DNA of 64,000 nucleotides from the NCBI GenBank assembly GCA_026770705.1, contig JANJGN010000027.1, positions 18,104,001 through 18,168,000 on the forward strand. Reading direction: 5' to 3'. The notes beneath the pieces were generated by a model, which worked only from the letters and a program-made list of their open reading frames with translations, ran no database searches and was not told the origin of the DNA. This DNA comes from Isurus oxyrinchus. Taxonomy: Eukaryota. Below, in pieces: positions 11,995-24,384 of this stretch. A program made the position numbers and the translations under genes. The first letter of the stretch is position 1. Every line of letters begins with the position of its first letter.

Positions 11995-14039
11995 GCAGGA
12001 CTAAGCGATCCCACAACCAACGTTTCAGATGTGAGCTCTGATAGTGGACTATTAAACAACTCACTGGAGGAAGAGGCTCCACAAATATCCCTATCCTCAA
12101 TGTAGAAGCCCAGCACATTAGTGCAAAAGATAACCCTGAAGCATTTGCTACAATCTTCAGCCAGAAGTGCCAAGTGCACGATCCATCTAAGCCTCCTCCG
12201 GAGGTCCCCAGAGTTATAAATGCCAGTCTTCAGCCAATTCGATTCACTCCATGTGATTTCAAGGAACGGCTGATGGCACTGGATACTGCAAAGGCTATGG
12301 GCCCTGACAATATTCCAACAATAGTACTAAAGACTTGTGTTCCAGAACTTGCCACGCCCCTCACCAAGCTGTTCCAGTACAGCTACAACACTGGCATCTA
12401 CTTGGCTATGTGGAAAATTGCCCAGGTATGCCCTGTACACAAAAAGCAGGACAAATCCAATCCAACCAATTACCGCCCCATCAGTCTACTCTCCATCAGT
12501 AAAGTAATGGAAGGGGTCATCAACAGTGCTATCAAGCAGCACGTGCTTAGCAATAACCTGCCCGCTGAAGCCCAGTTTGGTTTCCCAGGACCACTCAGCT
12601 CCTTACCTCATTACAGCCTTGGTTCAAACATGGACAAAAGAGCTGAACTCCCGAAGTGAAGTGAGTGGCTGCCCTTGACATAAGGCAGCATTTGACTGAG
12701 TGTGCCATCAAGGAGCCCTAGCAAAACTGGAGTTAGTGGGAATCAGGGGGAATACTCTCCACTGGTTGGAGTCATATCTAGCATAAAGGAAGATGATTGT
12801 GGTTGTTGGAGGTCAGCCATCTCAGCTCCAGGACATCACTACAGGAGTTCCTCAAGTAGTGTCCTCGGCTCAACCATCTTCAGTTGTTTCATCAATGACC
12901 TTCCTTCCATTAGAGGGTCAGAAGTGGGGAAGTTTGCTACTGATTGCATGGTGTGCAGCACCATTCGTGACTCCTCACATATTGAAGCAGTCTATGTCCA
13001 AATGCAGCAAGACCTGGACAATATCCAGGCTTGGGCTGACAAGTGGCATGTAACATTTTTTGCCATGCAAATGTCAGGTAATAACCATCTTCAGCAAGAG
13101 AGAATCCAACCATCGTCCCTTGATGTTCAATGGCATTACCACTGCTGAATCCCCCCCATCAACATCCTGGGGGTTACCATTGACCAGAAATTGAACTGGA
13201 CTAGCCATATAAATGCTGTGGCTACAAAATCAGGTCAGAGGCTAGGAATAGTGCGATGAGTAACCCACCTCCTGACTCCCCAAAGCCTGTCCACCATCTA
13301 CAAGTCAGGAGTGTGATGGAATACTCCCCACTTGCCTGGATGAGTGCAGATCCCACAACATTCAAGGAGCTTGACATTGTTCAGGATAGAGCAGGCCGCT
13401 TGATTGGCACCACATCCACAAAAATTCACTCCCTCCACCACTGACGCACAGTAGCCGCAATGTGTACCATCTACAAGATGCACTGCAGGAATTCACCAAG
13501 GCTCCTTCAACAGCACCTTCCAAATTCACGCCTACCATCTAGAAGAAAAAAGGAAGAAGATGGATGGGAACACCACCACCTGGAATTTCCCCTCCAAGTC
13601 ACTCACCATCCTGACTTGGGAATATATCGCCGGTCCTTTACCATCAATGGATCAAAATCCTAGAACTCCCTTCCTAACAGCACTGTGGGTATATCTACAT
13701 CACAGCGGTTCAAGAAGGCAGCTCACCCTTCTCAAGAACAACTAGGGCTGGGCAATAAATGCTGTCCCAGCCAGCGAAGCCCACATCCCATGAATGAATA
13801 AAAAAAAATCTTGGGTTCAGGGTCTAGTTGGGGTTCCTTTAGAGTTTTACTGTTACCCTAAGAATGCTACCATAGACCATTATCCATAAAAAAAACTTTA
13901 TAGAGCTATTTACATCTCAGTACTCTACACAAGTTGTACTTCTGCTTCCTATGAGGTCTCTGTCTCTTAGTCATATGATTTTGCATCACAGTTACCTGTG
14001 ATGGTCCTGATAATCCATCAGGTGCTTATACTGTTAATC

Positions 14040-14360
14040 ATGCCAAGCGATGACCATCTCCAACAAGAAAGAAGCCAACTATTTCCTTGACACTCAATGG
14101 CATCACTGAATCCCCCAGTATCAACATCCAGGTGGTTACCAATGACCAGAACCAGAACTGGACCAGCCAAATAAATACAGTAACTACAAGAGCAGTTCAA
14201 AGGCTGGGAATTCTGTGGTGAGTAACTCACCTCCTGACTCCCAAAGCCTGTTCACCATCCACAAGGCACAAGTCAGGAGTGTGATGGAATGCTCTCGACT
14301 TGCTTCGGTGAGTGTAGCTCCAACAACATTTGAGAAGTTTGACATCATCCAAGACATGGC
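14040..14360 (+). mobile_element. RT C-terminal fragment of the same LINE family
   Basis: Matches 13075-13390; DSQSLFTIHKAQVRSVMECS in ORF 14215-14478. Confidence 0.8.
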
Positions 14361-14399
14361 TGACCAGGAATCTTGCCCACTCCTACTCCCTGCCATTGG

Positions 14400-14538
14400 C
14401 ATATGTTGGAAGTTGACACTCAACCTGTTTTGTCTGGGTTATGAATGCACCTTCCTTGGCCATCAAGTCCTGGAGTGAGACTTGAACCTGGCGGTTCTGG
14501 CTCAGAGGCAGGAATGCTACCCACTGCACCACAAGGAC
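14400..14538 (-). mobile_element. tRNA-derived SINE head
   Basis: Minus strand gtccttgTGGTGCAGTGGgtagc...caGGTTCAAGTCtcactcc has A-box and B-box-like motifs. Confidence 0.6.
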
Positions 14539-14559
14539 AGGATATGACACAGCTAAGGA

Positions 14560-15410
14560 GGTGGAGGTGTATTGCCACAGTGTATCTGAGTGTGCAGGAT
14601 CAGGATGACACACTTGCAGATGCCAAAGATGCAGTGCCTGAAGAGACTCTGCCCTTTGTGCCCTACCGAAGGATAACCTGCATCCACAGGGATATGGTGG
14701 GAACCCGATGCCAGTGGCCTTGAAAGTCACTGCATCCCTGAATTTCTTTGTCTACGGTTCCTTCTAGGGTTCAACAGGTCACTCACTGCTGCATAAAGGT
14801 GGTTACAAATATACTATTCAAGAGGGCCGGAGAATACATCAGATTCTGGGTAACGGGCAGGCAGAGAGGACAATGGGATCCTCTGCCTTGGCTGGGTTTC
14901 TACATGTTTGGGGTGTAAGAAACTGCCCCCATGTCACCATCAAGGCACACTCTGTGCAATCAGTAGCTTTTATCAGCAGAACTATGTGCTCAATGTACAA
15001 TTAGTTGGATGATCACAGGAGGTAAATGATGCAGGTATCCAGACAGCAGCCATGATAGTTATATACTGCACCACTTACAGGTGCTGCACCTGTTTGTACC
15101 AAGACCCCAGATGAATGGATGGATCCTCAGTGACCATCGACCTTCTTAAGATGTGCTTCCGTTGCCTTGACCACTCTGGGGTTGCTCTGCAGTATGATCC
15201 AGTGAAGGTTTCATTGATCATTGTTGTGTGCTGCGTGCTGTACAATCTCACCATGAAAAGAAACAGGAACTTCCACTTGTAGGAAGAAGAGGTGAATGGG
15301 GACATGGAGATTGATCATGAAAGGGAGCTGGAGCATCTGAATGCAGTTGATTTTGATCCATGGAGGTAGTCACAGGGAGGCAAGGGAGAGCCTTATCTGT
15401 ACCTGGTTCC
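14560..15410 (+). pseudogene. PIF/Harbinger DDE transposase (HARBI1-like) remnant
   Basis: Manual translation across frames: PMPVALKVTASLNFFVYGSF*GSTG, HCCIKVVTNILFKRAGEYIRF, LAGFLHVWGVRNCPHVTIKA, SSHDSYIL, TIDLLKMCFRCLDHSGVALQYDPVKVSLIIVVCCVLYNL, which are characteristic HARBI1-family blocks. Confidence 0.85.
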
Positions 15411-15739
15411 AACTATCTCGACGCAAGTAAGCCATTCAACATCATTACTCTTTGGCCATAGATAGCATGTGTCTTTGCAATAAAGCCCTCACATTGTCCT
15501 TGCATAGTTATCACAGAGATGCATGTTTCTCACAGCCAAGCCAGCTCACAATGCCCTTTGCATATTTGCTAATGGGTTTCCACACCTCTTGGGGGAGGGA
15601 GTGTGGTGTGGGGACGACAAAGAAGCTTTCAATAAAAGAAACGCAAGTCAATGAAGGCCCTAAAATGGTTTAATGTGACTCCAAGATTGTTTCTATAACA
15701 CAATTAACTAACCATCAGTGCAATTCTATTGAGTCAAAT

Positions 15740-16958
15740 GGACGTTTTCTAAATGGGGGCAGGCTACTGCTCTTGATGCCCTGTGACCTTGGATGACTAT
15801 AGAAGACGTCCTCTGACAGCCCCAGCTCCGGCCCCCAGGCAACTACAGCTCACCTGCACCAGTTAACCTCTCGCTAGTTGTTCTGCCAGTGATGATCTGC
15901 AGGTGAGCGCAAATACCAGACACCATTGAGGGGTCTCCTTGATGTGCTTCTCCATGACGGTCGCCAACCTCTCCATGGAAGAAATGTGCTCACCCACCTG
16001 AGACATGACAGAGGTCATGGCCTAGATGGGTGCCTCATGCACCGCCACCAGATTCTCCAAGTTTGCCCCTAACTCCAGCAGGTTGAGTGTGGCTATCTTC
16101 AGAGGCCCTTAATCAGCCTAGGGCACAGCATGGGCCTGGGCTCTCTCAGCCTTCATCATTTGCATCTGCATTCTGGTGTGGTGCTCACCAGATTATGACC
16201 CAGGGCTGGTTCACTATCATCGTCCCACCAAGGCGAGTGTATCTGTGCGGGTGCTGGCTGAAGGGGAAAGATATAATGCTGTGACCTCAGAGACGACTGG
16301 ATTATCATCCTCTGAGAAGGTATCTGGAGGTTGACTGGCGGGCTGCTCATTAGTCTCTGCTGCAGTGGAATTTGCAAGGGAAGCATAAACACTATTAGCT
16401 GAGTGAAGACTACAGAGCCTACTCCTATCTATGGATGCAATGGTCTGTCTTTGTAGTCCGAGTTGATGGATAAGCACAAATCCTCCTCTCTCCACTCCAA
16501 ACTCAGTAACCAAAATGGAGCGATTACCCTGCTCCCATTGCTCCCAGTTCAAGTGCCTCCATCTCAGCGGTGATCAGTGGTCAGATGCCTGGCATTCTTC
16601 TACCGATCTTCGCCCTCTTGTTTTGGATTTCCAGCAGCCGCAGTTTTTTTGTTTTTATCTGTGTTCGCCCTCTCTTTGTTGTGGTTGGCCCTCTTGTCCT
16701 GCAAGCATAAGGGAAGAGCTGGTGAGGCTCCAGGTGATGCCTTGGAGACCCCCTGCCACCGGACTGCCCCCGTTCCCATGAAATGTCACGAAGTCCATCT
16801 GTCCCTCCAGATCTGACGCTTTCAAGGAAGCTGGGCGGCATGGAGAGGAAGACGCAAATTCCTGTGGGGGACGCGCGCGCGCACACGTCATGCAGCGAGC
16901 CTTCGCTAAACCGTGCGGTGATCCGCTGGCTGGACTGTGACATTTCAGACTTCTTCAA
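15740..16958 (-). pseudogene. Harbinger Myb/SANT-like accessory gene remnant, convergent with the transposase and apparently intron-containing
   Basis: N-terminus SQRITARFSEGSL resembles the xxRFSxxxL start of Harbinger Myb/SANT domains. A minus-strand acceptor-like tcttcccttatgcttgcag near 16700 precedes DKRA..N..ER. Tail-to-tail layout with the transposase. Confidence 0.55.
16619..16656 (+). mobile_element. About 40-bp Penelope-like 3' tail micro-insertion with TSD
   Basis: tgttttggatttccagcagccgcagttttttgttttta matches 41969-42008; ttcgccctct is repeated at 16609-16618 and 16664-16673. Confidence 0.75.
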
Positions 16959-18862
16959 TTTCCCCGTTAATGCCGAAGAATGAAATTGTGTGTTCGTGGA
17001 CTTTTCTCCCTGGACCTTGGAAGACTTCCTGCCAGAGATTTAAACAGCACAACTTGCATTAAACGCCTGCAAGATGAATACAGTTACAAAAATAGGGCTG
17101 GTTGCCTGTTTAAAAATATGGCTCCTTTTCCTGCACGATCAGGTGACGCGGGATTCCTGACGTCAGAGCCGCCCCCACCATGTGATCTGGCATCAATTGG
17201 TTTGCTGCCACGTAATTGAGTACAGCCGAGCGCCATGCATCTGGACCCAGATTCACACTTATTCCTACAACCAATATCACTGATCCACATTAGACAGGGT
17301 TTGATTATTTTGCAGTCAACCTGAATTGGAAAGATATGTCTGAATGGTCACTCTTCATTGTCACTCTTCATTGTCAATTCAAACTTCTCAGATTGTCCAA
17401 TGGGGACAAAACTTCACTGTCAACCGGCACCGTATCTGTCATCCGGCACCATATTTTTAATCCAGTGAAAGAAGTCATGAATTTACATGCCCCTGGCTTC
17501 TGTAAATCAAGGTGCAGGAAGACGGCCTTCAAAAATTAATGGAATAATTTCGCTTTCTTATTTAATTTTAATTAGTGATATTTTTAAATCATTATCACTT
17601 ATATTTTAAGCTAAATATTATCCAGAATTATAACTTTACATCATTTTGATAATCTATATTTTTACTGTGCTGAGCAGCTGAGAATTTTAATACATGTATA
17701 AACCCAGTAACCTCTTGAACGCTGAAGATGGCTGCCTCCCCCTTCCAAAATTAATCTTATTTTTGTTGGAACAGTTCTAAAATGGGGTGTTAGTATGAGG
17801 GAATGTAATATTTAATTAATTACATTCAGCAGTCATATTGAGCCTGTTCAAGTTCAGTAATAAGGTTTAGTTTTAGGGTGAAGCTCGCTGAATGCTAAAC
17901 CAGCCTTGGTACAGTACCTGAATGTCAGCATTTTGATTTGCATTTTGAATATCAGACTTCCTTATGGATCTTCTGGCTTGGACTTTCAATTTAGTTCCAG
18001 TTGGTGCAGAATTTTGGGGCAGTTTCATATAATGATCGCCAGCCATTAAGAAGTGGGTTATGATTGACCAAACACTTTTTACTTATCCCTTGTGCAGCTG
18101 GTAGATAGTGTGGATTTTTATCTAATCAGTTAGACTTGGATTTAAAACATGTTATCAGTGGTGAGTAGATTGTGTTTTCATGCATCCTACCTTCCACTCC
18201 TCTAAACTTGAATGTTAGCTATTTAAACCGGCAGCAAACAATTAACCATTTTGGTAAAATGGGTGGACAAGTGGCAGATGAAATTCAATGCAGAGAAATG
18301 TATGAAGTGATTCATTTTGGTAGAAAGAATGCGGAGAGACAATATGAAATAAAGTGTACAATTCTAAAGAGGGTGCAGCAGCAGAGGGACCTGGGTGTAT
18401 ATATACATAGTCATTGAAGGTGACAGGACAAGTGGAGAGCTGTCACGGACAGAATCTGTGTTTTCTTACTGTCCGTGATCAGTGTTTTGTATGTGAGGTG
18501 TGTGTATTTTTACCTTCAGAGTGGTTGTCACAATTTAAATAATCCCAACAGCAAGCCATTTTGAGAGTTTTAAAATAAAGAAGGTAAATTATTATCTCAC
18601 ACTTTCCCCGGAAGTTTAAAATGTGATATCTTTTACACCTATCGCTCACACAAGGATACGATACAGATAAAGAAAGAAAAAATGTACGATTACAATGTAT
18701 AATTGTCTCTGTCTTTCTTTTGTGCCAAGCCTGTAGTTTATTCGATGAGTTGATATGATTAGTTGAAGTATGATCTTGTAAGCAGAAGGTTCTCAATAAG
18801 CTGCGAGGCTTCTTATAATTGAATTTCCACGAGGTTGCTTCTCAGGCCAACTTAAATTCAGA

Positions 18863-19108
18863 ACAAAAACAGAAAATGCTGGAAAAAACTCAGCAGGCCT
18901 AACAACATCTGTGGAGAGAAAATAAACAGTTAACATTTCAGGTCCATATGACTCTTCTTCTCAGAGTTCTGAAGAAGAGTCATATGGACTTGAAACGTTA
19001 ATTCTTTTTTTTCTCTCCACAGATGCTGTTAGACCTGCTGAGTTTTTCCAGCATTTTCTGTTTTTGTTTCAGATTTCCAGCATCTGCAGTATTTTGTTTT
19101 TACCTTTG
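18863..19108. mobile_element. Palindromic Penelope-like terminal-repeat derivative (second subfamily) with TSD
   Basis: Inverted arms about 18863-18960 and 18971-19070; aacttaaattcagaacaa repeated at 18849-18866 and 19109-19126. Confidence 0.88.
18963..19005 (+). ncRNA. Minimal type I hammerhead ribozyme motif
   Basis: AGAGUU-CUGAAGA-A-GAGUC-auaug-GACUU-GAAAC-GUU^AAUUCU: helix I AGAGUU/AAUUCU, helix II GAGUC/GACUU, core CUGANGA and GAAA. Confidence 0.7.
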
Positions 19109-20344
19109 AACTTAAATTCAGAACAAGTTGGGGAGAACCTTTTCCCATGTTCAAGGTATTGCTCTTTATTATCTTGGCTGCTTGGTTGACTGCAGCTGGT
19201 TTGATGGCTTTCTGATGGTGTCTCGGTCCAGAACAGCTTGCTGTTTTAAAAGCAGGCCACAAACATGGCTGTCTCACCATGTGACTTGTTATAAGCCCAA
19301 AGTGATGACTTTCACACTTTTAGAGTTTGAGACAACTAGTGTTTTTGCATTTGAATGACCCATTCATTTTGAGGTGACCCATTTGAATTAGCTACAGGGA
19401 AAAGATATTGAGTCAACATCAGTCTGGAAAATTCCCTTTGTTCCCTCCTGAGAAGGGAGTGCTTCAATCCACAAGCAGTCAGGTGACCCTTGGGCTGCCT
19501 TTTGAAGCCTTTTGTGATTTTTTTAAAATAGTGTTGACTGAGAGTTCATAATATACAGGAACATGACAGAGCAGTGAATTAAACATACAGCACCCGAGGC
19601 TTTATCAATAAGGGTATAGAGCACAAAAGCAAGGAAGTTATGTTAAACTTGTATAAAACATTGGTTCAGCCTCAACTGGGCTATTGCAATGTAGTTCTGG
19701 GAACCACACTTAGAAAGGATGTGAAGGCATTAGATAGGGTGCAGGAAAGATTCATGAGAATGGTTCCAGGAATGAGGAACTTCAGTTATGTTGATAGCTT
19801 GAAGAAGTTGGGACTGTTTTCCTTAGAAGAGATAGTTGAGAGGAGATTTGATAGAGGTATTAAAAATCATGGGTCTGTAGAGAGTAGATAGGGGGAATCT
19901 GTTCCTGCTGGTGGACAGATCAAGAACCAGATGGCACAGATTTAAGTTAATTGGCAAATGAGGCAATAACAACATGAGGAAAATCTTTTCCAAACATCAA
20001 GTGGTTACAATCTGGAATGCACTACCTGAAAGTGTGAAATGCATCGAAGCATTCAAGAGGGAATTGGATGATTATCTGTAAAGAAAGAAAAAGGAGAAGG
20101 TGGGGGAATGGCACTAGGTGAATTGCTCCATCAGAGAACCATCACAGAGATGACAGACTGAATGGCTCCCTTCTGTGCTGTAATCATTCTATGATTCTAT
20201 GAATGCTGGAAAAAAGTAATAGGAGACCTCTGTGTTGTCAGAATTTGTTTTGGTGTGTGCATGTGTAGTATAGCTGGGAGTTAGCATCCAAGCTAAAAGC
20301 CAACAAACCCCCAAATATATGGCTGACATCAAACATATTTAAGT

Positions 20345-20756
20345 GTTGGACTTGGCTCACTCTCAGCTTTGGATCCAAGGGCAGTAAATTCAAGCCATTC
20401 ATCTGCCATCACTTCATTGCAGTGCCGAGGGAGTGCTGCACTGTTAGTCTGTTGGCTAATACATTAAACCGAGGCCCTGTGTACTGTCTCAGTTGAACGT
20501 AAAATATTCCAGAGCCCTAGTTGAAGAAAAATAGGGGAGGTTTTTTGGTGTCCTTGCCAAAATTTTACTCCTCAAACAACATCACCAAAACATATTATCT
20601 GGTCATTTGGCTCTGTTCTTAAGTGCTTACAAATTGGCTACCGTGTATATCTCACCCTATATTACAACATTTCAGTAATATTTAAGAAGCTGTAAAACAT
20701 TTTGGGATGTTTTAAGATTGTCAAAAGCACCATATAAATGCAAATTCTTTCTTTCT
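20345..20756 (+). mobile_element. DeuSINE (SacSINE1/AmnSINE1-like), degenerate
   Basis: Deu-domain-like tgcagtgccgagggagtgctgcactgt...ttaaaccgaggccc...cgtaaaa...gaagaaaaatagggg...ggtgtccttgccaa, and tail atataaatgcaaattctttctttc. Related tail fragments at about 22225-22330(-), 42340-42440(+) and 56050-56160(-). Confidence 0.7.
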
Positions 20757-21729
20757 GTCTTTGCCTCTGCTTGCCTGCCCCATCCTCATTTCCCCACACC
20801 CCCACCCATGTCTGTGTTTCAGAAATAATTCACTTAACTGTGTATTATTCAATTATGACTCTACAATATTTCTTTCTTCCAGAACTACACTTTGCTTTGT
20901 TCATACAAATAAAGCCGATATCACAACAATGTTGTCTCTAATTATTGAGAATCATACATTTTTGATTTGAGAATTGTAGCATATCAATAAATTGCCGTGT
21001 AGTTATAAGTGCAAAAATACAATGAAAATTGACATACGCGTGTGTAAAATATGGCAATCGAGTTATAAAGGTGTACTTTCATATCACACAATTCATTTTA
21101 ATGATGTTACCATTGTTCTTAATACTAACACCATGATAGCTGTTCAATGTATTATTAGCTGCCCTTTAAGAGCTAAAGCCATTTTTGGGGAACAAATGGT
21201 TTTATACTGCAAGTTACTTTGGCACCATGTCATTAGTGCTGATCTGTAAGGATCACAATTGCAGCAAACAAAGAAGATGTACAAATTCCCTTTTAAAATA
21301 CAGAATAATCATCCACCTGACAGTGATGTCTGACATGATGTCACTTGCCTGGTTTTGTTCCCTTCTCTACTGGATAAGTGATTCTACGCAGCAAAAGCTT
21401 GTCAGCTTATTCAGATTTGAAAAAGAAATTGGTGTACTTTTTTGCAAGAGTCCTGTGTCAGATTTGCTCAGTTCCACTTAGCTGAGCAATTGATTTCGAA
21501 TATTAAAAGTCATGTTTTAAAATTTGGCAGGACATCCATTATATTTTTAATGGTGATTTAGATATTCAAAAATTTGATTATGCTGCAGAAGTATTTTAAT
21601 CATTAAGTCTGCAAGAGTATTTAAAAGAATAAATTCAGCAGTAGTTGAGTTTTTCAGTCAGAATTTAGCTCAAATTAGGTAAGTCCATCAAATAAAATTG
21701 CAGACCACACTCACAAACCACTGATTTAC

Positions 21730-23690
21730 TGGAGTGACATGATTGAGCACTTGGAGGAGTATGAACTGATCAAAAAAAGTCAGCGTGGATTTATAGTGTC
21801 TATGTAGACGTCAGAAAGCATTCAATAAGGGTATGCACAAGAAATTATTAGCAAAAATGAAAGCCCATGGAATTGAAGGTAACCTTGTAATATTTTTGGT
21901 AATTGGGTGGGGGTGGGTGGGAGGCTGTTCAGTCAGAGACACAAAAGGCACTGATAAAGGGAAGGGACTCTAATTGTTGGGATCTGAAAGTAGTGTTCCT
22001 TAGGGATCTGGATAGGTGCCTTCACTTTTCATCTGAAGGAATAGAGTTGTACGCCCAAGTTTCTAGGTGACAATAAGCTGGGATGCACCATAAATTGTGC
22101 AGATGGGAGCAGGAAGTTGCAAATAGACTTAGACAGATTTAAGTGAGTGGAGAAAATTACAGCAGATGGGAGTCCAATGTGAAAAAAGTACAAGGTTATC
22201 TACCTTCACCAAGAAAAAGAAACAAAAGAAAGACTTGCATTTATATAGTGCCTTTCACAATATTAGGATGTCCCAGAGCACTTTACTGCCAATTAAGCTG
22301 TTTTGAAATGTAGACACATTTGTGATGTAAAAAGATAAATTTTACTAGGAACTGTAGAGGAGTGAAGGGATTTGGGGTTTCAAGTGCAAAAATCACTAAA
22401 AGCTAGTGTACAGTTAGAAAATGTAATCAAAAAGGCTAATGGAATGTAGCTTTTACCTCAAGCGGTGCTGCAGTACAAATTGGAGAAAGTTATACTGCAG
22501 TTATGCAGTACCTTGGTAAGATCCCACCTGGAATACTGTGTTCAGTTTTGGGTACTGCACCATGGTAGGGTTACATAAAGATTTAGCAGGATGATATCAG
22601 GGCTTAAATGGTTCTATGATTAAAGACAGGTTGAAATTAATTACAAAGTATTTACAGCAGAGAAACCAGCCACTCAGCCCAACAGTATTTATGCTCCCTT
22701 AAGCCTCCTCCCATCTCTAATCACCTAACCCATCAACATTTGCTTCTATGCCTCTCTCCCTCCTGTTTATGTAGCTTCCCCTTGAATGCATCTATGCTAG
22801 TCACTCGTCTACTTCATGTGATAGCGAGTTCCACATTTGAACCAGTCTCTGGGTAAAGAAGTTTCTCCTGAGTTCTATATTGGATTTATTAGTGATTTTA
22901 TTTTATATTTATTATCCCTAGTTCTTCTCTTGCCTGCAAATGGAAACATCTTTTTTATATCTGTGTATTCTATCAAAACCTTTCATAATCTTGAGTGCCT
23001 CTATTAGGTCATTGCTCAGGCTTATGTTTCTTGAGAATAGAGCCCCAGTCAGTTCAATCTTTCCTGATAGGTTCTAGTATTAATCTTGTAAATCTATTTT
23101 GCATCTTCAGTGCCTCTATATCCTTTTAATAATATGGAGACCAGAAATAGTTGTGGTACTCCAGATGTGGTCTAACAATGATTCCATACAAGTTTATAGT
23201 AACTTCTATGCTTTTCAATTCTATTCCCCTAGAAATGAAACAATGTTTTTGCTTTTTCATAGCTTTGTTAACATAAAGTTGAATATACTTGGCTTGTATT
23301 CTTGAGTTCACATGGTTGAAGGATGATCTGATTGAGCTTTACAAAATGTAAAGCCATATTATATAGTAAATACAGAAAACTGTTTCCCCTGGTGGAAGAA
23401 CCCAAAACAATGGGGCATATTTTAAAATTTCAACCCTGCTATTCAGAAGTGAAATCAGCAAGCAATTTTTCATACAAAGGGTAGTGTATATCTGCAATGC
23501 TCTGCTCCAAAAAACTGGATACTGGATCAATTGAAGTTAAATTGATAAATTTTTGTTAGGTAAGGGTTTCAAGGGGTACAGAGAAAAGGCAGGTAAATGG
23601 AGTTGATGTGCAGACGAGCCATGATCTAATCAAATGGCTGAATAGGCTTTAGGGGCTCAATGGTTTATACCTGCTCCTAGTTTCTGTTAA
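21730..23690. mobile_element. Cluster of old CR1 RT/3' fragments (+ about 21730-22630, - about 22650-23270, + about 23270-23690)
   Basis: Motifs such as LVRSHLEYCVQFW (about 22512-22551) and CFISRGIELKS..IVRPHLEY (ORF 23126-23311 -), with CR1-type 3' ends. Confidence 0.75.
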
Positions 23691-24384
23691 CTTGGGACAA
23701 CTGATGGTTTTGAATGGCTGATCTGTGGGTAGTTGTGGTGTTGCACACCATATTGTATTACTAGAAATGATAATGCTTAAAATCCAGCTAGAAAGAGAAA
23801 AAGTAACACAAAAACTTGAACATCAGTTTGGAAAGCATATACTTTAGTCAGATAAGTGAATAGTTGAGGTAAGGTGAAAGGAGAAGCTCAACACAGAATC
23901 TTTGTTTAAAAAAAGATATTGCAATGGAACAAAATGAACATATGTCATAAATAATGAAGACACTGCTAGTAGTTTTAAGATGCCGTGAATAAATGAAGAT
24001 ATTAGAAACCAATTAAAATTAAGAGGACATGTGAGTTCTATAATAGTGAAAAATAACTAAAGGTATATTATGAGAAAATTAAGAGCAGAATAACGTAAGC
24101 TAAGAAGCACTATGAGGATATAAGAAAAAAATCATGGAGACATCTTTGAAAAAGAAATATTTTACACATTTAAACAAAAAATTGGCAAGTGAACATCACT
24201 GGCAAGATCTGCATTTGTTACCAATCCCTAATTATGTTTGAGAAAGTGGTGGTGAAATGCCTTTTGAACCATTGCAGCCCATCTGGTGTAGGTATACTCA
24301 GTACTGTTAGGGAGTTCCAGAGTTTTGACCCAGTGACAGTCAAGGAACAGCATTATAATTCCACGTCAGGGTGATGTGTGACAG

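Larger units (their letters stand above)
10212..13808 (+). mobile_element. Near full-length single-ORF (APE-RT) CR1-clade LINE with a tRNA-like 5' head, decayed
   Basis: A/B-box head; APE starts about 10650 (PKLGELSHRLFKQQPDIVILTESYL; WVGDFNVHH); RT region KAMGPDNIP..WKIAQVCPVHKKQDKSNPTNYRPISLLS; tail ...ccacatcccatgaatgaataaaaaaaaa. Confidence 0.9.
10153..14040 (-). repeat. Probable 5' LTR of the Gypsy element (10153-10211 plus about 13809-14040), split by a LINE insertion
   Basis: Begins with TG immediately after the PBS, and non-LINE sequence resumes after the LINE poly(A). No second LTR is available for confirmation. Confidence 0.4.
18441..19568. mobile_element. Solo LTR with a 4-bp TSD
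   Basis: Termini TGTCA...TGACA; gagc duplicated at 18437-18440 and 19569-19572; the host CR1 sequence is contiguous once it is removed. Confidence 0.8.
18255..20202 (+). mobile_element. CR1 LINE 3' fragment (18255-18440 plus 19569-20202), split by a solo LTR
   Basis: EVIHFGRKN..VQQQRDLGVYIH, then MLNLYKTLVQPQLGYC..RKDVKALDRVQERFMRMVPG; ends in the CR1-type tail ctgtgctgtaatcattctatgattctatga. Confidence 0.88.
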
